24,159 nt of DNA from a virus (lineage: Duplodnaviria; Caudoviricetes). Made by a program: the position numbers and the translations under genes. The stretch is from the IMG/VR virus record IMGVR_UViG_3300033475_000135, positions 1-24,159 of that record. One strand, 5' to 3'. The notes under the pieces were generated by a model. That model was not told where the DNA came from, ran no database searches, and saw nothing but the letters and a program-made list of their open reading frames with translations. Positions 8,781 through 16,880 of the stretch are shown here, piece by piece; position 1 is the first letter of the stretch; the number at the start of each line of letters is the position of its first letter.

Positions 8781-10367
8781 TTAGAAAATATAGGAATTGA
8801 TTCGATCGCGGACTTCGGATAGAGTGGTTGTGTTAACAATTTCCCCATTGAGGAATACTGTCTGTAACAAGCCTTCTTTCTCTTCCTCCCAACTGCAACG
8901 ATCTTTCAGTTGTAACTCGTGATTATCATCTTCGAATACCTGTACAAGTCCACGAGCAGACTTTTTGGTACCGTCATCAGTCTTGGGGTCTTTGAAGATT
9001 TCTCTTCCAACCACCTCGGTGGTAGCAAATCCGACGGTTTCATCTTTCTCTTCAACTTCCAGCTCGCCATATGTAGCTTTCATAGCGAAGCCAAATGTGT
9101 CCCGGGTTTGGTATTCGTAGGTGAATGAACCAATGCCAAGAACAATATTGGTGGAAGCAAAACCTTTACGCATCAAACCTTCGAGGATTTGTACCTGATT
9201 GGTGAGATTAATGGAGTCGCCATAAATAGCACCCACTTTACTGTTCACCTGCCGGAATCCCATTGGAGATACACTACCACCAAAAGTATCCCACAAGCAT
9301 TCCACAAGACCTTTGACTTCATACCATTGCACCTCTTTGCCACTATGGAAGTGCCAGAACTTTCCATCCTTCTCCCTTATCTCCTCAGGAAAGTAGCCCA
9401 CGAGGATACGGTAGGGATCACCACTATCCGGGCGTATAACTACCTTGTCAATACCGATAGGTGAGCCTGTCCGATTTATAATCTCATCCTTCATATCAGG
9501 AAGGAATTGAGTTACAACCTGCCAGAAGTCCCATGTATCGGAGACAATAGAGACAATGCCGGAAGGATATACCTCAGTGATGAGCCTCCGGAATGTTTCA
9601 ATTTCACCTTCTTTGCCACCCATGCACATTACGGAGTGCTCAGTGGCAGGAACAGAACCACCAATCAGTTCACGATCACTATCGGCGAAGTAATAATCTT
9701 CGAGGAAGTCTATTGCTGGGACTGTATCAGTACCCCAGAAAGAAAGAAGATGGCCCGCTCCGCTAAGGCATGCATCTTCATCACCAGACATTCCACGATA
9801 GGAGAAATCATGACCCTGCCACATTACTGGACTGTTAGGAATACTATTACCAACTGTAAGCTGATAGTAATACTCAAAGTTCTTGCGGAACTGAAGAGCA
9901 ATAGTAGCAGATGTACAGGGCTTCCATATCTTGTTAGATATAGCTGATTCCAGATAATTTACCAGCCAGAAGAACTCGGGCATAGTATTAGTGATGGTGA
10001 AGGCAGGCACACGAAGAGGAACAAGAGTTCCCTCGGGGAGAGCTTTGATCTCCAAAGGCAGATAGCCGAGGTCATGCAGGGCTTCAATATGATCTACGGG
10101 AATAGCATTCTTACCGAGGGCATTGTCCATGCGCCTCTTGTAATAATTTACCACTTCCTGTTTTGGCCGCATAAAGAATCCTATTTTCCATTCATGTATG
10201 AGAAAGCGGAGGATAATATATTGCAGTCCGAAGAACACAACATGATCAATACCATCCATCCTGCTCTTACGAAATGTCCCGTTTGTATAAACACGGGTTG
10301 TACCTTCCGGATATTGCTGCCGGTGACCAGCTTTGTAGAAATCGATTTTCGTTAATGGGTTATGCAT
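8781..10367 (-). CDS. nadV: nicotinamide phosphoribosyltransferase-like protein (Nampt/NadV; candidate Namat of NARP1)
   Basis: DFYKAGHRQQYP, HDFSYRGM, SVPATEHSVM, SIVSDTWD, VIRPDSGDP, IYGDSI, GIGSFTY, KDPKTD..KKSARG. Start reassigned to MHNPL at 10367. Confidence 0.93.
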   Translation of the reverse strand: MHNPLTKIDFYKAGHRQQYPEGTTRVYTNGTFRKSRMDGIDHVVFFGLQYIILRFLIHEWKIGFFMRPKQEVVNYYKRRMDNALGKNAIPVDHIEALHDLGYLPLEIKALPEGTLVPLRVPAFTITNTMPEFFWLVNYLESAISNKIWKPCTSATIALQFRKNFEYYYQLTVGNSIPNSPVMWQGHDFSYRGMSGDEDACLSGAGHLLSFWGTDTVPAIDFLEDYYFADSDRELIGGSVPATEHSVMCMGGKEGEIETFRRLITEVYPSGIVSIVSDTWDFWQVVTQFLPDMKDEIINRTGSPIGIDKVVIRPDSGDPYRILVGYFPEEIREKDGKFWHFHSGKEVQWYEVKGLVECLWDTFGGSVSPMGFRQVNSKVGAIYGDSINLTNQVQILEGLMRKGFASTNIVLGIGSFTYEYQTRDTFGFAMKATYGELEVEEKDETVGFATTEVVGREIFKDPKTDDGTKKSARGLVQVFEDDNHELQLKDRCSWEEEKEGLLQTVFLNGEIVNTTTLSEVRDRINSYIF

Positions 10368-10875
10368 CGTAATTTTTGCTTGTGTATTTATTAACAAATG
10401 ATTCAAGCTTTCTCTTAGCAGCAATGAGGTAATCATCCCATTCATGGAATGTTGGAATATCATATCTACGGCATGTAATTTCCACATTGCCATATCTACT
10501 ATATTCCATAGGGTTATACACCATCATTGGCTTGTTATGAAAAAGTCCTAGCTCCATGAGAGAAATAGGAGAAGCCGAGTCTTCCAGCAATACCATTAGA
10601 ATCAAATCAGCTTTTTCAAGCTGCTCTAATTCCCATTTTACCTGCGCACTAAACATAGGATGAGTGGGAGATTGCTCCCAACTATTATTCCAGTCTGAAC
10701 GCCGTGGATTGAAAATGTCTATGTCTCCTTGGTTATGAAACCATTGATTCATATGACAAATCATCTCTTGCTGCCAATCCTTGGAATTTCCCATGTCTAT
10801 AGTTCCTGCCAGAAAGACTGTCAGACTATTATTCCGCCTTGGAGGCATAACAGGTGGATAATGTACCTGTACCAT
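10360..10875 (-). CDS. nucleoside 2-deoxyribosyltransferase-like protein (Nuc_deoxyri_tr2 type)
   Basis: VFLAGTIDMG..WQ, FNPRR..W, QVKWEL..LEKAD, SPISLMELG. Confidence 0.85.
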   Translation of the reverse strand: MVQVHYPPVMPPRRNNSLTVFLAGTIDMGNSKDWQQEMICHMNQWFHNQGDIDIFNPRRSDWNNSWEQSPTHPMFSAQVKWELEQLEKADLILMVLLEDSASPISLMELGLFHNKPMMVYNPMEYSRYGNVEITCRRYDIPTFHEWDDYLIAAKRKLESFVNKYTSKNYDA

Positions 10876-10877
10876 AA

Positions 10878-11330
10878 TTAACCAAATTTTTGTAGTAGGA
10901 GATCAGCTTGCCTTGTAGCAAGAATTGCTCTACGTTCCGCGAGTAGAAAGCTAAGGGCATTGAATGTCTCACACAGGCCAGCTCTATCATCGAGGAATAC
11001 ATTGGCATATACCTTACCAGTCTTACCCACTTCCTTGATGTAAGGAGGAGACTCATTAAAGTAATCCCATTCTATTCCAAGCTTTGCAATAGCTTGCTTC
11101 ATGTTTTCATGCCTTTCCTCTGCCGCAGCCGTGAAGATGATGATTGTACAACCATATGTCTTACAACCTTTTATAAGGTTATGGATAGCTGTGAAATCTG
11201 CATCCCACTCATGCTGTTGATAAGGGATAAGAGTGGAGTCTACATCAACGGCTATGATTAAGCCACCATGTATCTCCCACTCTTTTCTTAGTCGATCTAC
11301 TGCCTTGTTTGGATCGAGGTAATAGCTCAT
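10878..11330 (-). CDS. small capless HAD-superfamily phosphatase-like protein
   Basis: Motif I AVDVDST, motif II IIFTA, and K...ANVFLDDRA for motifs III/IV. Confidence 0.8.
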   Translation of the reverse strand: MSYYLDPNKAVDRLRKEWEIHGGLIIAVDVDSTLIPYQQHEWDADFTAIHNLIKGCKTYGCTIIIFTAAAEERHENMKQAIAKLGIEWDYFNESPPYIKEVGKTGKVYANVFLDDRAGLCETFNALSFLLAERRAILATRQADLLLQKFG

Positions 11331-11336
11331 ATGAAA

Positions 11337-12065
11337 CTATTTCTCAACCACATATTTCACGCCACGAACCACCAACCACTGAAGAGTATTGATGTTCACA
11401 GGGCGGATATTGTCATTCTTCGGCTTGTCCATATCCACACAGTCGTAACGGCCATCACGGCTGTTAAACTGAACCTTGTAACCGCGAAGTTTGCGCTCTT
11501 CAGGAGCTTTATATTCGGTGATCGGATTGTCCTGAACCATCTTCAGCGCTGATGCATAGGCAGTTTTCATGCTCTTAGAATTCTTCTGAGCTTTCTCGAT
11601 GAGTGCAGTAGCATCCTCAATTTGCTTCTGGATGGCAGCATCCCGATCCTTCTTGGTATACTTCTCAGGCTGCTTCAGGAAACAAAGGCCAAATACCTCG
11701 GCGCTATGGATTTCCTCAAACAGAGTACGAATACCTTTGACACGAATATCGCCTACACGTGCATTGAGGAATTCACCTTTTGCATGAGCTTCGGTGAGTT
11801 GTTTCTCTGTCCAGAGCTTGTCTTCCCTACCCACCAGTATTTCAGCGCCGTGCCACTGGTCAGCAGTCGAGAGAAGTTCAGTTACATATTCCTGCGTAAG
11901 GAACACAGGATTTCCAGATTCGAGATGAGTGAACTCATAGCCTCTCTTCGTATCTGGTCCCTGATAGATGTAGTGGGAACTTTCAGAGAACACATCGCCT
12001 TTCCGCATATCGGCGATAATAACGCGAGGAGCAGCCTTGGCTGCTGGTTTAGTTGTTGTACTCAT
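11337..12065 (-). CDS. conserved phage hypothetical protein
   Basis: 242 aa, tightly packed in the operon; beta-rich C-terminus (IRPVNINTLQWLVVRGVKY), possibly Sm/SH3-like. Confidence 0.8.
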   Translation of the reverse strand: MSTTTKPAAKAAPRVIIADMRKGDVFSESSHYIYQGPDTKRGYEFTHLESGNPVFLTQEYVTELLSTADQWHGAEILVGREDKLWTEKQLTEAHAKGEFLNARVGDIRVKGIRTLFEEIHSAEVFGLCFLKQPEKYTKKDRDAAIQKQIEDATALIEKAQKNSKSMKTAYASALKMVQDNPITEYKAPEERKLRGYKVQFNSRDGRYDCVDMDKPKNDNIRPVNINTLQWLVVRGVKYVVEK

Positions 12066-12073
12066 TGTATTTT

Positions 12074-12802
12074 TTAAAGAGATTTGGAATAGAAATTCAT
12101 TGACACATCTTCACCGCGTGTAACAGCACTACGATATGATACAGAGGCACTTTCAGTCTTCATTAGAGCCTTCCTCAATCCATCGGATGTGTTATCATAC
12201 ACCAAGGTATTAGAAGCATCTACATTAAGATTGTTGGTAACAAGATCAACGTCATTCTTAGTTCCGACGAATGTAACTGTGAAGTTGTTCTCGTCCTGCA
12301 CTTTACGAAGAAGCTGAGCACATTGCAATCGCCTTCCGGTAGACGCATTATCCTGTCCATCAGTGGTGATCTTCAGTAATACCTTGTCATTTTGCTTCTT
12401 TAATGCAAGCAAACTAGTAATTACGTCTATGATTGTACCATAGAGATATGTACTACCTGATCTTAATCCTCTCGGATTATAACCATTAAAGGAAGCAATA
12501 GGCTGCATGAATACATTACCTTCTATATCAGTATTATAGTTACTACCAAACTGACAAATAGAATAAGTGGTATTTAATCCAAGGCTTCCACTTTGCTCCT
12601 TAGATGTGGAGAGATCAGCGGTTATACCTATGGAACCATTAGTAAACTTGTCAGGTCGTTGATAATGACTAAACATTGATCCTGATCCATCGAGGATATG
12701 CACCTCATGAATAGTTCCCGTAAATACTGCGTCGATCTTTGCTTGGGGAACTTTTGCTGTCTCCTCTGTGGGAGAAACTTTGTCTGTGAATGTACGTGGC
12801 AT
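12074..12802 (-). CDS. von Willebrand factor A (vWA) domain protein
   Basis: MIDAS motif ILDGSGSM, T.LY, ITTDGQDNAS, VTFVG. Confidence 0.85.
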   Translation of the reverse strand: MPRTFTDKVSPTEETAKVPQAKIDAVFTGTIHEVHILDGSGSMFSHYQRPDKFTNGSIGITADLSTSKEQSGSLGLNTTYSICQFGSNYNTDIEGNVFMQPIASFNGYNPRGLRSGSTYLYGTIIDVITSLLALKKQNDKVLLKITTDGQDNASTGRRLQCAQLLRKVQDENNFTVTFVGTKNDVDLVTNNLNVDASNTLVYDNTSDGLRKALMKTESASVSYRSAVTRGEDVSMNFYSKSL

Positions 12803-13695
12803 TAAATCACGTTAAAGACACGAAGATTAAACTCGCCTGTTTGAACACGGGGTTTTTCCCGATAATTAACATCGTCGAGCAAATCATCGTAGTCTTGATT
12901 TCTTGAATCAGTAGTATATACTGTCCTAAAATAGTCAGACAATACTCCCAATCCATTGGAAAATACTCCATGAGAAACAGCTAGGTACAATTTACCTACG
13001 TTAAACTTCTGGAGAGTTTGTGCGAGTTCGATGAAGGTTCGTCCGCCCACACATATGTCATCGATGATAAGAATATCCCTGCCATTGAAATCAGGCACAG
13101 AGAGTCTGGTATGGAGTGATCCATCCTCTGCACTACGATATTTATTGGCTGTCTCAATCGCACCCGTGAATCCTATTTTCTGTGCTAGCTTGAATATTTT
13201 TTTATAAGCTCCAGCATCAGGTGACAGAATAGTTACAGGATTTTTTGAGTTCATCTCTTCAAATACCTTTAGGATGAATTCCGAATTGTCTACCACATGA
13301 CAGTTGCGAAGCAACGCAGGAGTGACATCAGAGTGTGCATCGAAAATGGTAAAAGAAGATATGGGAAGACTATTCAGTATAGTCGTGACTGTGCGAAGAC
13401 TGAAAGATTCTCCTTCAGAGAACTTTCTATCTGCTTGCTGGTAGGGCATATAGGGAATAAATGCATGGATTTCATTAGTCCATGTATCTGCTATAGTTTC
13501 TGCTACGAGAGCAAGCAGCATGATTCCATCAGAGGTTTTGCAGTCTGCATAGATGTGAATGTCCTGATCGGAGCCACTCAACACATTTGCAAAATCCTCT
13601 GTGAATTTAAAATGTAATTCGCCACCGGGGAACCTGAAAGCAATATACTCTGAGGTGGCCCCAATGCCTTTGCGAAGATCAATTATCAATGCCAT
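12802..13695 (-). CDS. prs: ribose-phosphate pyrophosphokinase-like protein (candidate ADPR-PP synthetase, Adps)
   Basis: FPGGE, PYMPYQQADR, FDAHS, SPDAGA, PRPP-binding LIIDDICVGGRTF, LAVSHGVFS. Confidence 0.9.
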   Translation of the reverse strand: MALIIDLRKGIGATSEYIAFRFPGGELHFKFTEDFANVLSGSDQDIHIYADCKTSDGIMLLALVAETIADTWTNEIHAFIPYMPYQQADRKFSEGESFSLRTVTTILNSLPISSFTIFDAHSDVTPALLRNCHVVDNSEFILKVFEEMNSKNPVTILSPDAGAYKKIFKLAQKIGFTGAIETANKYRSAEDGSLHTRLSVPDFNGRDILIIDDICVGGRTFIELAQTLQKFNVGKLYLAVSHGVFSNGLGVLSDYFRTVYTTDSRNQDYDDLLDDVNYREKPRVQTGEFNLRVFNVI

Positions 13696-13712
13696 TATTG
13701 GCTTTGTTGTGC

Positions 13713-13964
13713 TTACTGTTCAGGAGAAGTTTCCTCCACCTTTTCAGATTCGCCTTTGATGAAATTTGGTTTCAATCTACGAACTCGTCCATCCTCGGTA
13801 TCAACCCATTCAAATGGAGATTCGTAATCCTTTAAGAGAAGCTCAAGGAAATCAAGGAAGCCCGGATGATATTGGGCTCTATCTATAACTTCCTGAACCA
13901 GATGATCAATACGCCCCTTGTTGTCTACGAATTGTACGTAGTCGGGGGCTAGATTCGTTGACAT
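13713..13964 (-). CDS. hypothetical protein
   Basis: 83-aa ORF filling the gap on the coding strand. Confidence 0.65.
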   Translation of the reverse strand: MSTNLAPDYVQFVDNKGRIDHLVQEVIDRAQYHPGFLDFLELLLKDYESPFEWVDTEDGRVRRLKPNFIKGESEKVEETSPEQ

Positions 13965-14463
13965 TCGCCTTGAAGTTTTTAAGCCTCAAATGAATAAATC
14001 GCTCCCATTTGAGCTGATTCTCTTCATTCTGTGAATGCATAGTTTGGTTATCGTAAGCAGCTTGTCCTAAACCCCATGCCTCAATTACAATCTCGTAATA
14101 ATAACGAGCTATGTCAATATTAGCTTGTAGATGAGTGTGCTGGAGAGGTTCGAGCTTCGCACGTAGGTCACGGGCATATAACTCTGTTATATCGAAATGA
14201 AGCTGTTCATGCTTTAACGAATATGCACTCTTGCTGCATGAGGGTGAAATGAAAGAGGATTCCGGATGGAATAATGCTTTTATAGTGAAGATAGCACCAC
14301 CAGCAGAGTCCAAACTTTCTTCCATGACAATCTCTGTACAACTAGAAGCAGACACTCCAGAACCATCATAAATGCCCTGATAATTGTCCCACTGTAGTTT
14401 ATGCACAGAGTCCCATGCAATAGGCTGGTGAAAAAATGCGAGAATAAACAAAATTGTTTTCAT
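13906..14463 (-). CDS. DUF922-like putative Zn-dependent protease, exported
   Basis: Short N-terminal hydrophobic signal, L.W..Y.G, HEQLHFDITELYAR (HExxH), YD..T.HS...Q..W. Confidence 0.8.
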   Translation of the reverse strand: MKTILFILAFFHQPIAWDSVHKLQWDNYQGIYDGSGVSASSCTEIVMEESLDSAGGAIFTIKALFHPESSFISPSCSKSAYSLKHEQLHFDITELYARDLRAKLEPLQHTHLQANIDIARYYYEIVIEAWGLGQAAYDNQTMHSQNEENQLKWERFIHLRLKNFKANVNESSPRLRTIRRQQGAY

Positions 14464-14482
14464 AATAGAAATTTAAGAGAGA

Positions 14483-14624
14483 ACTAACTATACCCGCAAC
14501 CAAGGATTTGAATATAAAACCGTGAAGCCCTATATCCCCGTAGGTATCCCATCCTTTCTACCTTGGGAGGATTATTCCCAAACTGCCGCGACAAAAGAAA
14601 GGTGTATTATCCTCTATAGCTAGT
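14483..14624 (-). ncRNA. candidate multi-stem structured RNA
   Basis: Closing stem ACTAGCTATA/TATAGTTAGT; internal stems CCTTTCT/AGAAAGG, TTGGGA/TCCCAA and GGATATAGGGC/GTTTTATATTC. G-U pairs work on the minus strand. Confidence 0.45.
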
Positions 14625-14632
14625 GCCATCTA

Positions 14633-15481
14633 TTAATGATTTGCGCCGACGCTCATAAACATACTGCCAGAATTACCAAAGGTATTCTGAGGAAGTTTAC
14701 CATCCCATTTCTGGGCCTTAATAAGCTCGACATACTGGGGGCTGCGTGATAGAGCGTCCTGCTGAAGCTGAATTGATATAGCTTCTGCCTTAGCTCCCTT
14801 CACCTTCACAGCTGAGTCTCTGCTAGCTTCGAGAATATCATTCTCTACTTGCACGCGGATTTTCTTCTGCTGATTCTCCAACTGGATAGCTTCCTGTATA
14901 ACCTGTGATTTAGCAGAAATTACTTTAGCTAAGCTCTCGTCAGGCGTCAGGCCCGATGTAAATGTACTAACAGTAAAGTAGGGGGCCAACTTCTCGTTGA
15001 GCTTGCCAAGAACTGCTGCATCATACCCGGAGAGATTATTCAGAATGCTATCAACTGTAAATGTATTAGTAGTCTCGCGGAGAGATACCAATAAGGCATT
15101 CTTCAGGTAGCCATTCTGCAACTGATCCAAAGGTAGCCGGAAGCGCGTAAACATAGCTGCGACTTCTCCCGGATTTACATTGTAGTTGAATGTAGGATGA
15201 ACTGTGAATACAGTGCCACCTTTTGAGGGCACAGTGAATGGCTCATACTCGGTGTGCTGCTGATAGGTGGGGAACTCGTACACCTTGGCAGTGAACTTAT
15301 TATAAAAGCACCAGCCGGAGACATACTCATTCTTGGATACACCTTTTTCAGCACCCACCATGTGAGCTTTAATACCAACACAGCCAGCATCGATACGATT
15401 GCAGCCTACAAAGCCGAAGAACAGGATGACAGCTACGAGTAGCCCGCCAACCAAAAGAATCTTTCCCGTAAGAGAATTCAT
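14633..15481 (-). CDS. SPFH/Band 7 (prohibitin-like) membrane protein
   Basis: N-terminal TM, RIDAGCVGIK, YEFPTYQQ, coiled-coil region, C-terminal KWDGKLP. Confidence 0.88.
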   Translation of the reverse strand: MNSLTGKILLVGGLLVAVILFFGFVGCNRIDAGCVGIKAHMVGAEKGVSKNEYVSGWCFYNKFTAKVYEFPTYQQHTEYEPFTVPSKGGTVFTVHPTFNYNVNPGEVAAMFTRFRLPLDQLQNGYLKNALLVSLRETTNTFTVDSILNNLSGYDAAVLGKLNEKLAPYFTVSTFTSGLTPDESLAKVISAKSQVIQEAIQLENQQKKIRVQVENDILEASRDSAVKVKGAKAEAISIQLQQDALSRSPQYVELIKAQKWDGKLPQNTFGNSGSMFMSVGANH

Positions 15482-15506
15482 GATTGTTGTTTTTGTTTAT
15501 GAAAAA

Positions 15507-15764
15507 TTATTGTTTCTCAGTGTTTTGTGGCTTTGGAGCCGGTGGCGGTAGTGTGTCGTCCATTTTTATAGTGAGACGAGATTTACTATTTGGAATCTTG
15601 AGTATCCATGCACACAACTTTGCGAATCCAAAGAATATGCATACCAATACTACAGGTCCCATAAATACCCAATTAGTCTGGAGGTTTGCCAGATCGTAAG
15701 TATAATTTATACCTACAAATAATAGCGTAATAGCTATTGTTATAAATAGAGCTTTCTTGAACAT
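15507..15764 (-). CDS. two-TM membrane protein
   Basis: Start reassigned to MFKKALF at 15764, because the upstream extension overlaps the tRNA-like gene. Confidence 0.7.
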   Translation of the reverse strand: MFKKALFITIAITLLFVGINYTYDLANLQTNWVFMGPVVLVCIFFGFAKLCAWILKIPNSKSRLTIKMDDTLPPPAPKPQNTEKQ

Positions 15765-15782
15765 AGATATACTATTAATTTG

Positions 15783-15857
15783 AGACCCACCCCACAGATT
15801 CGAACTGTAATCTTCCCGGTCCCTTACCGAGGCGCAATGCATTATACTAGAGGGGCC
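15783..15857 (-). tRNA. atypical tRNA-like gene, nominal anticodon AGG (Pro), A33
   Basis: GGCCCCTC TA GTATAATGCATTGCGC CTCGG-TAAGGGA-CCGGG AAGAT TACAG-TTCGAAT-CTGTG GGGTGGGTC T. T and anticodon arms are good, the D arm is weak, the acceptor stem is bulged and no CCA is encoded. Confidence 0.6.
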
Positions 15858-15901
15858 ATATGAGAGAAGACTGAGGAATATACCCCAGTCTTCTGAAGAG
15901 A

Positions 15902-16384
15902 TTACGAATGTACTTCACAATATGGATAGGGCCCAAAATAGGCACTAGCATTGTCCACCGATATGCCATATATAGGCATAGAGGTGACAAGCATGTGGTT
16001 TGGCTGGTTGTCGGAGTAATATTCACCAGTGTACACAGCACCGCCGTCGAAGTCAGTATAGGCAAATGCAAGTGCTACATAGTAGTGAGATATATTATCC
16101 TGATCATGATGGCGGCCACCCAATTGGTGGAAGGTTATATCCAAAAGGATACGATCACCGGCATACGTTCCATTTCCCCATGCACTCGTATACTTCGCTG
16201 TGAGGATAGTACCCTGCGTATTGAGCTGGGAGTTATCCATCGTGAAGCTCACGAGGGTAGGGTTAAATACTGCTTTTTCAATGCGGACTGAAGGTTTCTC
16301 AGTGCTAGCAGGTTGTCCTGCATAACTGAACATGCTAGACAATACGATGATTGTCAGCAGTGCGAGAGATTTGATTTTTTTCAT
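15902..16384 (-). CDS. exported hypothetical protein
   Basis: Sec signal MKKIKSLALLTIIVLSSMFSYA followed by a beta-rich body. Confidence 0.78.
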   Translation of the reverse strand: MKKIKSLALLTIIVLSSMFSYAGQPASTEKPSVRIEKAVFNPTLVSFTMDNSQLNTQGTILTAKYTSAWGNGTYAGDRILLDITFHQLGGRHHDQDNISHYYVALAFAYTDFDGGAVYTGEYYSDNQPNHMLVTSMPIYGISVDNASAYFGPYPYCEVHS

Positions 16385-16404
16385 AAATTGATCTTTATTG
16401 ATCG

Positions 16405-16478
16405 AAGAACGGACCGGATTCGAACCAGCGACCTCCTGCGTTCAATAGCAGGCGCTCTACCAACTGAGCTACCGATCT
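16405..16478 (-). tRNA. atypical tRNA gene with an 8-nt anticodon loop (UAUUGAAC); identity ambiguous (UUG or UGA)
   Basis: AGATCGG TA GCTC-AGTTGGTA-GAGC G CCTGC-TATTGAAC-GCAGG AGGTC GCTGG-TTCGAAT-CCGGT CCGTTCT T. D and T arms are canonical; one acceptor mismatch; no CCA encoded. Confidence 0.78.
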
Positions 16479-16483
16479 TTCCA

Positions 16484-16645
16484 TTACGCAAGCTGTTTTG
16501 GAGCTTGTACAACAGCATTTTCCAGAAGTTTTTCTACATCTGCTCCTGTTAATCCTAAAAGGACTAATTTAAGAGAAGCTTCGTAAAAACTTATCTTTCC
16601 CTCTTGGAACTCTTGTTTAATTAACAGTATTCTCTTGGTATCCAT
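16484..16645 (-). CDS. small hypothetical protein (53 aa)
   Basis: Not in the track. MDTKRILLIKQEFQEGKISFYEASLKLVLLGLTGADVEKLLENAVVQAPKQLA fills the gap exactly. Confidence 0.65.
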   Translation of the reverse strand: MDTKRILLIKQEFQEGKISFYEASLKLVLLGLTGADVEKLLENAVVQAPKQLA

Positions 16646-16651
16646 AAAAAT

Positions 16652-16861
16652 CTATTTAGTAGATTTCATGGAAGCACAAGTTAATAGGAGTGCTTCTTCG
16701 CCTGTAAATCCGGCTGCAAGAAATGCATTACGTGACATGAGAGCATTTTGTGCAGCAAGTTCGTAAAGCTCTTTGTCAGCATTACACACCTGCATTAATG
16801 CTTTACTTTGGCCTACCATCTCTTTGATGGCTTCTGTTGTGTCTTCGTCTGCTGTAAACAT
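16652..16861 (-). CDS. hypothetical protein
   Basis: 69 aa with an AFLAAGFTGEEALLL motif. Confidence 0.75.
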   Translation of the reverse strand: MFTADEDTTEAIKEMVGQSKALMQVCNADKELYELAAQNALMSRNAFLAAGFTGEEALLLTCASMKSTK

Positions 16862-16880
16862 GATTATTTGTTTTGATGAG

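Noticed and set aside
10368-10493. N-terminal extension of the Nampt-like ORF
   Set aside because: It overlaps the NDT-like gene in another frame, and family similarity begins at MHNPLTKIDFYK.
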